NCBI RefSeq assembly: GCF_025526975.1
Contig: NW_026515672.1
Span: 1,116,001 to 1,180,000 of the forward strand
DNA length: 64,000 nucleotides
DNA from: Fimicolochytrium jonesii
Lineage: Eukaryota
Direction of reading: 5' to 3'
The position numbers were made by a program, and so were the translations under genes. Under the pieces are notes generated by a model. It was not told the origin of the DNA and searched no databases. It saw only the letters and a list, made by a program, of their open reading frames with translations. Below are positions 37,360 to 49,666 of this stretch, piece by piece (within the stretch, counting starts at the first letter, position 1; the number at the start of each line of letters is the position of its first letter).

Positions 37360-39536
37360 ATGTTGGACGCCCCCTCTCAGGCCGCCGAAAGCGTCCCCCT
37401 ACTGGGCGGTTCCAGCACCAATGCCCAGACCAATGCCCCGCAACCATCGTCAAAGCTCACCGCTCGCATCAACCGCGCTATCACTATTGGGACGTTCATC
37501 TTCGTGCTCGCGGCCGTCATCACAACCCTTGCCCATTTCAAACGTGATCACCCTCATCAGCCGCTCCCACTGCGCGAATCGCCGTATGGGAAGTTCCCGA
37601 AGGCCGATGACCCGTTCGCTTTTATGCCTTGCACGAACGTCACGCTTCCACCGGCGCTTGATGACCAGGATCCGCTCACTACCTGGTCGAAGTTGTTTGA
37701 CCCCGAACCGTCTCACTGGAGCTGGGGGCGGCTTACTGGAGACGACGTCGCTGGCAATGACAAAGATTCTCACGAGGGCAGAGGGATATATCTGTGCGGC
37801 TACCTCGATGTCCCGCTGGATTACACGAATTCCAGCGATGAGCGTATCGCGAGGCTGATGGTGACGAAGTTTCAAGTTTCGGGTCTGGCTCGCAAAGATG
37901 CCGCAGCTACTGAGGATGGAGCGGGGAAGAAGAGCGCACGCACGATTGTGATGAACCCGGGCGGTCCGGGTGGCAGTGGTTCGTCGTTGGTTTGGAATAA
38001 GGCCGAGAACTTCACCCGTCTGTACAGTGATAGCAAGTTCGATGTGCTCAGTTGGGACCCTCGAGGTATCTATGCTGCTTGCCCTTTGGTATTTCGCCTT
38101 GTCTCCGTCTCACTCTTGATTCTCTCGGAATAGGTGTAAACTCCTCCCTCCCCTCCGCGTCCTGCTTCCCCCACGAAGCCGAACGCGACCGCTGGCTACT
38201 CCTCACAAACCAATACTACGAATCCGCCTCCTCCCACCCCCGCGCCCAACTCGAGCTCGCCGACGCCATGAACGAGGCCACTTTCCGCGCCTGCCACGCG
38301 CGACTTGGCGATTTCCCCCGCTTTGTGAGCACGGCGTTTGTGGCACGGGATGTGGATGAGATTCGCAAGGCGTTGGGAGAGGAGGAGTTGACGGCTGTGA
38401 TGATTAGTTATGGGACGGGGATTGGGCAGACTTATGCGAATATGTTCCCGGATAGGGTGGGGAGGATGTTGCTGGATGGGACGGAGTATGTGAAGGATCA
38501 TCGGTTGTTGGGTGGGTTTGGCTGGACGGTGAGTTTATTGTCCAGGATATATTGCAATTGTGCGTCGCATGCAAACCTACTGATCTCTCGCTTATGATCT
38601 AGGCCCTCGACAACGCCACCGACGCCTGGCGCGACGGCTTCCTCGGCGAATGCATCAACGCCGGCCCTTCCCACTGCGCCCTCGCCAAATCCACAAAACC
38701 TGTCACCCTCTCCTCCCTCACCTCCCGCATGTCCCAACTCTTCAACAAAACCCTCCAGCGCCCCGTCCCAGCCTACCACCCCACCACCGGCCCAGGCCTC
38801 ATCACTTACCCCTCCCTCATAGGCATGCTCTACCAATCCCTTTACAACCCCGCCGAATGGCCTACAACAGCTCAAATGCTCGCGGATCTCGAACAGGGGA
38901 ACGGTACTCTGGCGTTACTAGAACTCAACAAACATTTCGTGGATCCCCTTTCCCCACCCGTCCCACGGTTACCAGCGACGGAGGAGTTGGGCTCTCTCGT
39001 CATCTGCGCGGACTCCTACGACGCCCCCGAGCCCCCCACCGGTCTAGATTGGTACCTCGACCTCTGGCGCACCATGACGACCAAATCATTCATATCAGGC
39101 AACTCGCGGTTCTTTGATGTGTTGCCGTGCAGGCATTTCAACACACATTGGAAGCCGGCGGAGGTTTATAGAGGTGATTTGAACACGACGTTGAAAGGAC
39201 CGGTTTTGTTGGTTGCCGAGACGTATGACCCGGCGACGCCGTTGAGGAATGGGAGGAGGTTAGCGGGGGAGATGGGGAGGAATGCTAGGTTGGGTATGTT
39301 TTCAATTTGCTCCGTTTTTGTTTTGGGTCCTTTCGAAGGTTTGCTGGTCATTGACGTTGTCTTATCTCAATGTCTTATCTCAACCAGTCGTCCACCACGG
39401 GTACGGCCACTCGGCACCCCGCGACCCTTCGGCCTGCACCGCGCGGATCGGGAAGGAGTACATCTTGCATGGAAAAGTGCCGGAGGCGGATGAGACGGAT
39501 TGCTATGCTGATTCCAAGCCTTATTTGCCAAAGTAG
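37360..39536 (+). CDS. TAP-like alpha/beta hydrolase (peptidase S33-like) with N-terminal anchor (4 exons)
   Basis: CGYLDVPLDY, NPGGPGGSG, WDPRGV, TAFVARD, ISYGT nucleophile elbow, YDPATPL and HHGYGHS. Confidence 0.9.
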
Positions 39537-40159
39537 ATGCCAACTGGGAAGGGAGGGAGTGGTAGATCATACGCGGACATGGGTGTCTCTGTAGATGACA
39601 TTTTCGGCGTAGTGCAGCTTTTAAAGCTTGCGGCATTAATGCGGCGTACCGGGACGGTCTCTCCCCGTCCTTTCATATCCATAGAATCGCTGCCCAGTAG
39701 GATACCTTTTAGCCCATCGGATGTGCATCGGATGTGGCAATGCTTCCGAGACTATGCAGTCAGTCTCGGACTATCGGACATGCTCCCTTCGATGCAAACA
39801 CCGACGACCAGAGCGCTTCCGCCTGCCATCGCGCATAATTAAATACAGTACACAAATACATCCAGGGCCAAGAGAGAAAGGGGTTCAGGCAGACAAAATC
39901 ATTCTCATAAGCAAAGCCAGAAGGCCTTTTTCGAAGAGCTGGGTTTAAAGTAGCATTGTATGTCATCACGTTTTCTCTCTCTCTTTGGGCGCTGGGATGG
40001 TGTGACCGCCGTTGTTTAGGGCTGTTAGTGCGCATCCATGGCGATGGATGACTGACATGGGCGAGATGGGCATCCCGGGAATCAGCAGCTCATCCGAGTG
40101 TCCGGATACTTGCGCGGACGGGTGCGGGATGAAGGGCTGGTCCCGGGATGCTTCTAGAC

Positions 40160-40240
40160 TGATGGATGGAGTACGGACGAACGAACGGAGGGATGAATGG
40201 ATGGATAAATGAAGGATGGATGGATGGACAGGACGATGGG
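40160..40240. repeat. Degenerate (GGAT)n microsatellite
   Basis: gatggatgga...ggatgaatggatggataaatgaaggatggatggatggac. Confidence 0.7.
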
Positions 40241-40344
40241 TACGTAGAGATGCGTTCGAGTGGAAGTTCGTCGGATGCAGGCGTTCGGACATCGCTAGGA
40301 TGTCCCAGAGGATGTCCGAATCAGGTACGCGTTTGCAAGACCCG

Positions 40345-41187
40345 TCAATTCAACTCCGCTTCCCACCCCAATGTCAAGAGCAGCGAGGTCAACTTTGGGG
40401 TCAAGCGGAGGCGCTGTTGGTGTGGCGCGCACGGCTGTGGTATTGCGTTGGCCATACCACCGCATATTGCTTCCAGGTACGTCTTCGAGAACCGCAACGT
40501 GTATACGTGTGCTTCTGCGTTCACCATGATCACGCCGAGTAGCCTCAAGTCCCTATACGTCCTGTGGTTCTCGTCGATGACTCTATGCAATGCAACGGCC
40601 AGCATGTTGCATACAAGCTGGTTGTGCTTGGCCTCGAAGTGCATGCCCTCGGGCCGCTGCTCTCTTTCTCGTGATGCTTCTATCACTACAAAGTTGTTGG
40701 CACCCTGGGCCTTCCGCACCAGAATGTCTATCTTCCGCTGAATGTAGAGGTGCGTGCTCTCGAATTCGACCTTGTAGTCGCTGAGCACGCATAGGTGCCG
40801 CTTGGCTAGCTCACTGTCGCGGTTAATCATCTCGGTAAGATATGCCGTCAGCATCGATTGGTACTCCGGCTCGGCCACTAGCAGGTGCGAGCATTCGTTT
40901 CGCTCAATGAACTCCAGGATGCTGTCGCCGACGTTGTGGTCTGCCATGTTTCTGGGGCGGCTCTCGTTGTACCATGTCGTTGCATCTTGATCGGCGGCAG
41001 ACGACCCCTGAACAGTGTCTGCTAGGTCGTCGACAACGCCTTGATGTTCCGCGTCCGGGTTGTAGCGCTGCCGCTCGCATGTGTGCGTCGCCACCTTTAA
41101 CTCAGCCAAAGACGGCAGTCCTTCGCTGTTGGTCTCTGACGCTGATATCCTCCATTGCACGGGGGCTGGCGTGCGGCTGCTGCACAT
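40345..41187 (-). pseudogene. PD-(D/E)xK restriction-endonuclease-like domain ORF (Crinkler-type REase-like), lacking a clear N-terminus
   Basis: EPEYQSML...IDILVRK...FVVIEAS...QLVCNMLAVA...LLGVIM...VYTLRF follows the REase-fold secondary-structure order. The (D/E)xK lysine is replaced (EAS). Confidence 0.45.
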
Positions 41188-41369
41188 TATGCCTGCTTTG
41201 TTCCCAGACAAGTGTCGCTCCTGCTGTTGTGTGGTATGTGCCGCTCCGGGGCTCTTGAGTCTTGCCTGAGTTGCCTCGCACCCCATGCCGCGCCCCGTAT
41301 GGGCTTGCTCCGGCGGCCTGTTTTGCGGGGCCATCGTCCCCGGGTCCCCGGGTTGCAGCGCCGCCAGGG

Positions 41370-41580
41370 CAGCGTTCCTAGGGTGGTCGAGGGTAGTTTG
41401 AGTTTGAATGTCAGCGGGTTCTCGCCGGGGTGCAAGACTGGGAACGGCCCGAGCCAAGCTGGCAGGATCTTCAGCGCGGCGGACGGCAGGTCTTTGTACT
41501 CTGGGATGTTGATGGCGCTCCTGTGGACGAGGACGTGGGCTCCTTGTTTCATCCGCGGGTCGGCAGGGGCTCGTCGCATG
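41370..41580 (-). mobile_element. Ty3/gypsy integrase C-terminal (SH3-like) fragment
   Basis: RRAPADPRMKQGAHVLVH...KILPAWLGPFPVLHPGENPLTFKLKLP matches the KLxPxW/FxGPF/Y...Y/FxLxLP motif. Confidence 0.7.
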
Positions 41581-42675
41581 TCCGCGCACCGGGCGTATCA
41601 TGTCCTGCTCGCCGCCAAACAGCATGGATGAGATGGTTCCCATCAATTCAACAGATCCACAAGTGCAAATCTTTCAAAGTGTTCATCGGGATGCGTAGAA
41701 GCCTCCACTCACATGCATCGACGCCGATTCCAGGTTCGATGCCCATAAAGTGTTCTTTTGTCAGACGGTCCCAAACAGACCATAGTCGCGAGCAACTGCA
41801 ATAGGAGTCCCAACGGCGCTAGCACCGTCAGGCCAATGCCAGAGGATCTCATGTCCGCCTCATGTCGAAGGTCAAACTGGGTTCGATATCAAATGCACGA
41901 ACAAAAGAAGTTCATGGAAAACCAAAGAAGGGTGCTGGAAGTCAATCCAGTTTACAAGCTCGGGCTCATCCTCGGTGACCCTCTCGATGAAAGGAAGGAA
42001 GTGGGTTTGCAAGATTTGCGTGTAGGCCTCCGCATTAAGGCATCCACGGTAGCTGACAGATTCACCCTAGCCAGCTCCGATATCTCTCCACAGAACGCCC
42101 TGAGAATCAACCAGAGATAGAGCGACGATCAACGATTGCAGTCGTGCGTCCGCCAAATAACCCGCTCGGGATCTGGGTCGAGGGATATCATCATCGCAGC
42201 GAACCAACCAGTCTTCCTAATTCCACGCGCATGCATCCGACTGCAGCCGACTGCACAGATCACACAGGATTATAACGGCGCAAAGCGGTTGTAAAGCAAC
42301 CATAGAAGGGTTACCGTACCTCTTGGTCGCCAGGGCTTTTTGTCCCGGTTATAAAAACCCATTGCGAGGCACTCCGCAAGGAGTTGCCCATAGACCTTTT
42401 CGATGAAGTCCTCCTTACTACATCGCTTCGCCTAAAAGATTTCTTAAACATACCGTTTTCAGTAGGAGCGTACCAAAAATGGAACATACCTCGATGCCGC
42501 CCAACGTGATACCACCCACCAATCTTACCCGGCAGTTCCTTTCCGTGGTGGCGGCTTTGACCAACGCAAACCACCCATCTGTCTTGACGGTGGCTGGTAA
42601 TCCACCACAAAGCAATAACGTGCGCTCGTGAGGCTCCTGACTACAACAGTGACCGGACGTTATGGTTCAATTGAT

Positions 42676-42906
42676 TCACACGAGAGTGAAGAAGAAACGT
42701 AATCGTACCGCAACTCTATGCGATAGGCCTGTCAGTAAGTCAACAATCATCGCAGGGTCCAAACGTGCCCATTCCTCCGTCGCCTCCGTCGCCATCCGTT
42801 CAAGCTCATCATGAGTGCTTGGGCGCTGTTTTTCGACTTGATTCTTCCGAAAAGCCCAGAGATTCTCGATAAGATTCAAATCGGGACTATATGCAGGCCA
42901 TTCCAT
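42676..42906 (-). mobile_element. Tc1/mariner (DDE_3) transposase C-terminal fragment
   Basis: MEWPAYSPDLNLIENLW...ELERMATEATEEW...LLTGLSHRV is the WPxxSPDLNPIE signature. Confidence 0.85.
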
Positions 42907-45159
42907 GCAAGGAATGAAATTTTCGTCAAAAAACTCCTTTGATCTTCGCGCGGTGTGAACGGGGGAGTTATCCTGATGGTGCCGTAGTTGTATAGCACCC
43001 GCGTACGGTCACATAAATGTCGTGGTCTCCGACTCTCGATGTCGGGCACCATTGCCCTGATCAACTTTAAGAAGCTTTCATCATCCACCAGCTTCATTTG
43101 ATCGTTGATATCCCCAATATGAAGCAGCCGGCGCACTTCCGGCCAATCACAGTGTATCTACGTGTATGTGCGCTGTCCTTCTCCGCCCCCGTGCAACATA
43201 TCCGCAGGTATCGCCCAGTTTTGAAATGCAAGCATTTCCGTCACCAGACAGTGTTGGTTTGGGTAGTCAAGGCTTGGTCCGAACCAACTCGCATCGGGTG
43301 ATGCAGCACTGCCAGAGGGTTTCAACTCTGTTGCCCAATAATTCAATAACATCTCGTCCGCCGTGGGGTAAGGTGGTCGGGCGGCGAGGAATAAGGGCTT
43401 CTCATCATGCTCATCGAGTTGGCAATGTCTCGGCCCGGATACCAAGCGCCGACACCTCCAGGGTCGCACTCTGATCCGGGTGCGATTGCCGAGGGACACC
43501 GTGCAGGGGCCGGGGCAGGCCGTAGATCCAAAACATAACCGTGCGATACACTTCCTTCAACCTGCCGGCCATTTTCGCGACCGTGTGTCGTGGACATTGT
43601 GTCTTCTCAGTCGAGTTACGAGAGAATTGTCGGCAGTTGTTTTCTGCAAGCACTCCACCTCAGGTACCCTATGAGAATCGCCGACGGTCAATCTGTTGAG
43701 TTCTGTGGTTTGTGGGGTGCTAATTTCGGTACGTTGAGTACAGGAACTCGTAGCATCCGCCTCTCAGTGTAGTTCGGCCGCACAAGATCGAGAACCTTCG
43801 CTCGAAGCATTTCATCCTAGTTTCTCACTCAAATTGTTTGGCGCCAAAGAGATTCCAAGTCATCCCCGGCTGTGCAACATCCCGACAAGTAAAGACTTGA
43901 TGCTCGCATTCTCCAGTCACCGCCTAGAATGATCCGACAAGTAACTGAAGAATGCGAACACCAAGTCCGCTGCTGACGAGGTGGCTCCCCCTGACTATGG
44001 AGAAGAGGAGAGTCTCACCCGCTTCAATGAAAGTGTCGGTGATGAGATAAGTGATACTTTCAACTGGTGAGTTTCCATTCTGTTGCGCCGAGGCGTTTGG
44101 ATCTCCCTTCCGTACTGTTTTGAACGGGCTCGGAAGAACGCATAGCGATTTCGTCGAACTTTTCACGCCCGTGAAGGTGATGCCCGACCCGAAGTAAACC
44201 TTTGGTTTTGAGTCCAAGCGGAGTTATCAAAGTCCTCGTCATTCCAGAGGTCGCTGTTGACCAATTTTCCCCAGTGAATTTGCCACGGTCTCGCAACTCA
44301 ACTAACACGTTACACGATCCGTGTCATCTTCAACTGTCGCTTCCATCTCCCAAACCAAAGTCTGATAATCATATCGCCTCTCTTCTGATAAATGCAGCCG
44401 ACCGCGACAATTACGGGCCTGCACATTGAATCATGGCATAATTTCAGTGCCTCGACGTGCGTGTTCTGATACTCCACCTACTCGATGAAGCGTTCGTGCC
44501 GCATCGAAAAACGAGATGGTGTGTCCCGTTCAATCTCCGCGATGGGTTACTTCATGTGCAGCAACGTGGATATCCCGTGCAGGGAGCCCGTGCAGTCTCA
44601 CGCACTTTCGGATATGAACTCCGAGACTTGGTGCTGGTTGTCGACGAGGTCCCAGAGTTTTACCGTCATTTCTGCGTCCATATCAAAGATCTCCGCGAGG
44701 GGCATTGCATTCAACCCGCGCTGGGTGCTCCCCCCGGTCGTCAACTGTTCGAATGTGTATGTCCTTGGTTCCCCCAAATGGTAAACGTCCAAGATTAACA
44801 GATCTTTTCCAAAACCAACGTGGGCCCCGTGCACGGGCCCACCGTGCAGGGAGCAGTGGGCAGGGCTGGCCTACATCGTGGGGCTATGGGGTAGCTTTTC
44901 CGGCTTTCCCTAGATTCAGGACGCCAACGTGCAGTTTGCAAGAACTCTCCAAGATATAGATATCTACACTACACTTGTATGCAGACTTGTATGGCCCCGG
45001 CAGCCTACAACCTGATTGCTGCCTGATTGCGCGGAATCAATTCTTTTTCGCAAAGGATCCTGCAGGGAACGCTCTGCCCTTCCCTAAGAGCAAGTTTGAA
45101 GCTTTCAAAGACATTCTCATTGAGCTCGGTTACTAGTCTGGTTACTAGTCTCCCTCGAC

Positions 45160-45690
45160 ATGCGATTTCCAACTATCATCCTTCTAGCCAGTCTCTTACC
45201 GGGAGTCGTAGGAGATCAGCCATCGTTCCGCGAGACGCTATCGAGTATCCCTCACACCATCTCGTTCACTAAAGAGACTTTACCTTCACATGTCTCTACA
45301 ACCACGGGCAGCACCCTCGTCCTAGCAGGTGCTTCTTGGGACGGGCACTTTCGAGCGCAAATCTATCCGGGGCACTGGCAACGTTACCTGCAAGCACTTC
45401 CTTCAAGCGTGCAACACGGCTATATTCTGTATGACGGACGTCCAATTGGGCCCAATTCACTTCCCAGAGGTCTTGTCCGAGCTTGGGACGCCTGGGGTGG
45501 GACTGCGCCGAGCTATGAACTGTGCTTATTCAAGGACGGCAAAGAAGGCCCCGCACAAGACCGCGAGTTGATCAACACTTATCACAGCTTTGTACGAAAC
45601 GAAACCGACGCGACAGCTATAGGGGATTTTTTTTCGAATAGGTGTGGAGGGGTTGGAGCGAGGTCTGGGATTTCCCATCCTGAGTTATAG
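45160..45690 (+). CDS. Secretory-pathway thioredoxin/PDI-like protein without CxxC (176 aa)
   Basis: Signal peptide MRFPTIILLASLLPGVVG, VLAGASWDGH in place of the FYAPWCGHC motif, LCLFKDGK, and C-terminal HPEL. Confidence 0.55.
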   Translation: MRFPTIILLASLLPGVVGDQPSFRETLSSIPHTISFTKETLPSHVSTTTGSTLVLAGASWDGHFRAQIYPGHWQRYLQALPSSVQHGYILYDGRPIGPNSLPRGLVRAWDAWGGTAPSYELCLFKDGKEGPAQDRELINTYHSFVRNETDATAIGDFFSNRCGGVGARSGISHPEL

Positions 45691-45697
45691 ATCAGAG

Positions 45698-46117
45698 TCA
45701 TAGTTCTATGTACGTACTTGTAGGTTGTGCTTCAACATTACTCTTGCCCTCGCTATCCTGTCGAATGGTCTCTTCCTCCATGCTAGGAGGCGGCTCTGTT
45801 GAATTCTCAAATGCTCGCTTGATCAATCCCTTCGTCATCCCATTCTCATTTCTTTGGAGGCAGACGCAATAAGGGCAGGGCGGTGAGCCAATTGTGTCCA
45901 TGAGTGTCAAATGGCTCTCCACGAAGTGCTCGAGCGCCTGGCTGCGAATAAGCAAGATGTCGCCGGGTTGATACGGTAGCATGATTCCCAAGTCAGGAAG
46001 GCAGAATCTTCCCCGGCCTTCGGGAAAATTTGCGAAGCAGCACATCGGTGCCCAGCCGTAGGGGACGTCGCGGCGATCGTGGTGAGGACCTCGAAGCCTT
46101 TGTACCGAGCCAGAAGT
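45698..46117 (-). pseudogene. TET/JBP-like 2OG-Fe(II) dioxygenase fragment
   Basis: In one frame: PHHDRRDVPYGWAPMCCFANFPEGRGRFCLPDLGIMLPYQPGDILLIRSQALEHFV (HxD...H). There is an in-frame stop just upstream, and the terminal Arg strand is missing. Confidence 0.7.
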
Positions 46118-47106
46118 TTTTCAAGTCCGGCCTAAGACCGGGTACGGTACCCACCTTATCTGTTGCCGAGGCAGCCGAAGGGCTCCCTTTACACGCGTTC
46201 TTGAACACCTCCTTCCATTATCGTAGCCCCAGAGCCTCGCGAGGTGCAAGTCCGCGTTTGGATCCCAATTACGCGCGAGCAGGTCGTGGTCAAGACGAAG
46301 GATGAGAGACAAAGGTTGGGTGGGTGGGGGGCGGCGGAACACCTCGAATTTTTAGACGATTTCCACTCATGTAGAGCACTCACTGCATTATCAATGCGGA
46401 CGTGCCAGCGCAAAGTCGCTCGATGCATGTCAGTGCAAGCACATGCGCACGGTTGCCCCCACTAACGATTCGGAACCTTTCGCCGAGGCAGGCACATCGG
46501 GAGCCCACAAAGGTGGATGCGGGATGACTCCAGTGTCTTTTCGACGCAGGATAGTGGTGTTTGCGGTAAATTGTTATCAGCTGGTGTGGGCAGATTGAAG
46601 CTGGAATGATCCCGGAGAGGAAAAGGGCGTAGGCTTGTTGCAGTAGGTGGAGTGCTACCCTCTTTCCCGATCGAGAAGACATTGTCCGTATGGTGGAGGC
46701 CGGTAGTTCCCTCGACTCCTGCCCATATCGCCGACGCTCCAAAAGGTTGTCTGGAAGTGGTTTCTCACCGGATCTGCCGACCCAGAGGCTCTCCAGCAAT
46801 ATATCGCGAATAGTCGGTAACCTTTTGGAGCGTCGGCGAGTGACGTGGGAAAGTGCCTTGCACGTGGGAAAGTGGGGGCCCAACCGGACAGCGAAAAGTG
46901 GCGGAAAGTTGCGTCAACCCCGTCGACAGAAACACTCACAGAAGGCCGCCATGGCCAAGAACCTCATCAAGGCTCGCTAGCGTCGGCTCAACAGTCCCCA
47001 CAAGTTGCTTGGAATAGCTTGCTCGTATCCCCACCGCCCCGCCCTCGTCGTCCGGTCGACAACATCCACACAAGTTTTAAACCCCCCACCACTACATATC
47101 GCAGCC

Positions 47107-49160
47107 ATGGACGCCTTGCCAACCCTCTTCACTTCAGCCTACGCTTACTCGGGGTCCCTGGTTTCCCTTGCGATGAGGTTTCCAGAGGCGGCGAAGATGG
47201 GTTATAGGGGTTATAGTAGGGTCTATGAGTACTGGAGTGGCTTGAGTCCGAGAGCAAAGGAGAAGGTGGCGAAAGGGGTGGGAATTGTGAAAGATGGGGT
47301 CGTTTACGGTGTTAGGTAAGGGACGCGAGAGGGAGGGCGGTACACGAGCGCTTGCTTGAGGTTCCGAGCGGCTGCTGAGGGCTTCCGAGCGAGATTGCTT
47401 GTGGTCGATTCGGAAAAGGGAGCCTGCGACCTGGAGCGAAGGCGGACTGCGCCGAGCGAAGCGAGGAGCAGGAATGCTTGAGGCAGGCGAGCCCTAGGCG
47501 AGCCTTTGCATTTGGTTCGGTCGGGAGACCGAGCGGTCGCGAGGTCGACCAGAGCGAACGCCTTCGCAAACGATAACGAGCGGCGAGCGACAGCGAAGCG
47601 ACTTAGCGAGCACCGGCGAGCGTCAGATCTTCGCAAGCGGAGCGCACGAGCGACTCATTCTTCAACCCATCAATCAACCATCCCTTCGCTCATCCATTAT
47701 CCAACCATCGCTTGGCTCACTCCCATCCCCACTCACCCACCTCTCTCGACCTTATTAGGACAGGACAAGACATCTACCGGACGGCAATGGCGTACCCCAC
47801 CACCCCCGCCGACGAATGGGAACAACCCCCACACTGGGTCCTCGTCCCGCTCTCCAAACTCATCCTCACCGTCCTGCCAACCGTCACCGTCTGGGACGCC
47901 TCTCTCTGCGACGACGTCGACTCCATGTCACCACTACCGTCATCCGTCGAAGACGTTATATCTGATTTAATAACGACATCACCGACGGAACAGAGTCCGT
48001 TGAGAATCTACCTAACACCCCGCCCCCCGACCCCCCTCCTCCCCCTAACCCTCCCCCTCCTGAACGCCACCATCTACGCCCACACCGGCGCACTCCCCCG
48101 CTTCGCCCTCCCCTCCGCCCATTTCAGCATCCCCCTCTGGAAACACCTCCTGCAATCCCTCGGCGGCGTCACCCTCGACCAACTACATGACGGAACCGTG
48201 TTGAAGGCGGGGTATAGCATCGTCATCTTCGGAGACGAATCCGAAAAGGCAACGATGTTGACAGATGTCACGACAACGGCACTACATGAATCCTACATCC
48301 TCATACCCACCTCCACACTCCCATTCCCAACAACATCCCTGAACATCCCGCTCAACCCGCTTCAACGGCTTACCAATACCGCGAAATCACTGATCCCCGC
48401 GCCTCTCGTGTCTGTTTTGCCTGGGTTCATCACCAAATTGTCGGAGGGCGAGGGCGGCGGCGTAAGAGTGCGGTATCCCGTAGGCTGGGAGAGGTGGTAC
48501 GTCAAGTTCGGCCCGGGTATCACGCTGCCCCCTCACGTCGCCACCCAAATGAGGGAAGAAACCCTCGCTCTCAAGACCTTATCATTGGATGGAGACGATA
48601 CTATGCGGGTAAAGCAACTACGGTCTCTACAAGTCCAACGAGACGCCCTACGCGCGCGGGAAGTCCTAGCCGACGTTTTTGGGAGGGTTGGGGACGGGGA
48701 AAGAGAGATGAGGGCGGTGAGGGAGGCGGATGGGGATCGGAAGGTCTTGAGTAGGGTTTACAGGGGGTGGGAGTGGGTTAGGGGTGGGGGTACGGCTGCT
48801 GGGAAAGCGGATGAGACTGTGGTGGGGAAAGAGGTCGCGGGAGACGTGATACCTCCCTTACCGCCGTACGAAGCCCGACCGACAATCGAACAACCGACCG
48901 GGGATAGCCGCGCCGAGTCACACCAACAAGAGCAGCAGGCGCAACCTCAGAGCCTCTTACCCTCCCCACCACCGACACCCCGTCCTTCCACAATCACATC
49001 ATCACCCGTAACATCACCACCCCCACCATCAACAACAACAACAGCAGCATCAACCCTCTTCACCATCCCACCTCCAGTCCCCACACAATCCGTCCTCTCC
49101 GACACAGACTCAGACATCGAATGGTTCAGCTGCGCCGACGACAGCGATATCGACATATAA
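47107..49160 (+). CDS. Hypothetical protein (exons 47107-47315, 47759-49160)
   Basis: The GTAAGG donor at 47316 and TTAG acceptor at 47758 join MDALPTLFTS...YGVR in frame to TGQDIYRTAMAYP... No family recognised. Confidence 0.65.
47440..47655 (+). repeat. CG-rich intronic dispersed repeat, copy 1
   Basis: Contains CGAGCGAAGCGAG (47453), TGCTTGAGGCAGGCGAGCC (47475) and GCGAGCGTCAGA (47616), all shared with 54455-54600. Confidence 0.65.
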
Positions 49161-49666
49161 GCGGGTAGCACGCGCCCTTGATATATGTACAGACGGCGCC
49201 GGGGGTCTGCTTACATGCTATAACTTTTCGCGGGTTTGGGGATTTCACCGCGTTGGCGTGTCGAGGCAGGTGTTGGGGGGCGAGGTGGGATATCTGTTTC
49301 TCTACTTTCGCATTCACGGCGTATAGATCGGCGGCGGGGGGGTCTGTGCTTTTGGGGTGGCCCTGTTTTCGAATCCCCAAAACCCGGATTCCACAATGTC
49401 GACGGGGGCGGCATGCGACTTGCGTTTGGTGGCGTAGGACATGATTTCGACTGCTTCCGTAGTCGAACATGGTAACGTAGTTTTCCACAGTCTTTAGTTC
49501 ACCGCGTTCGTCTCTCCCCTCCCTCCCTGTATTCGTCCCCCGCACCCCCATTGCTGATGAGAGCCGGTATCGAAATTCGATGTGCCAAAGTACGGCTTTC
49601 GGTCGAGGATATTATGTACAGATGCGCGTGGGTGGGTTATTATTGCCACACCCGGATTTTTTATGT

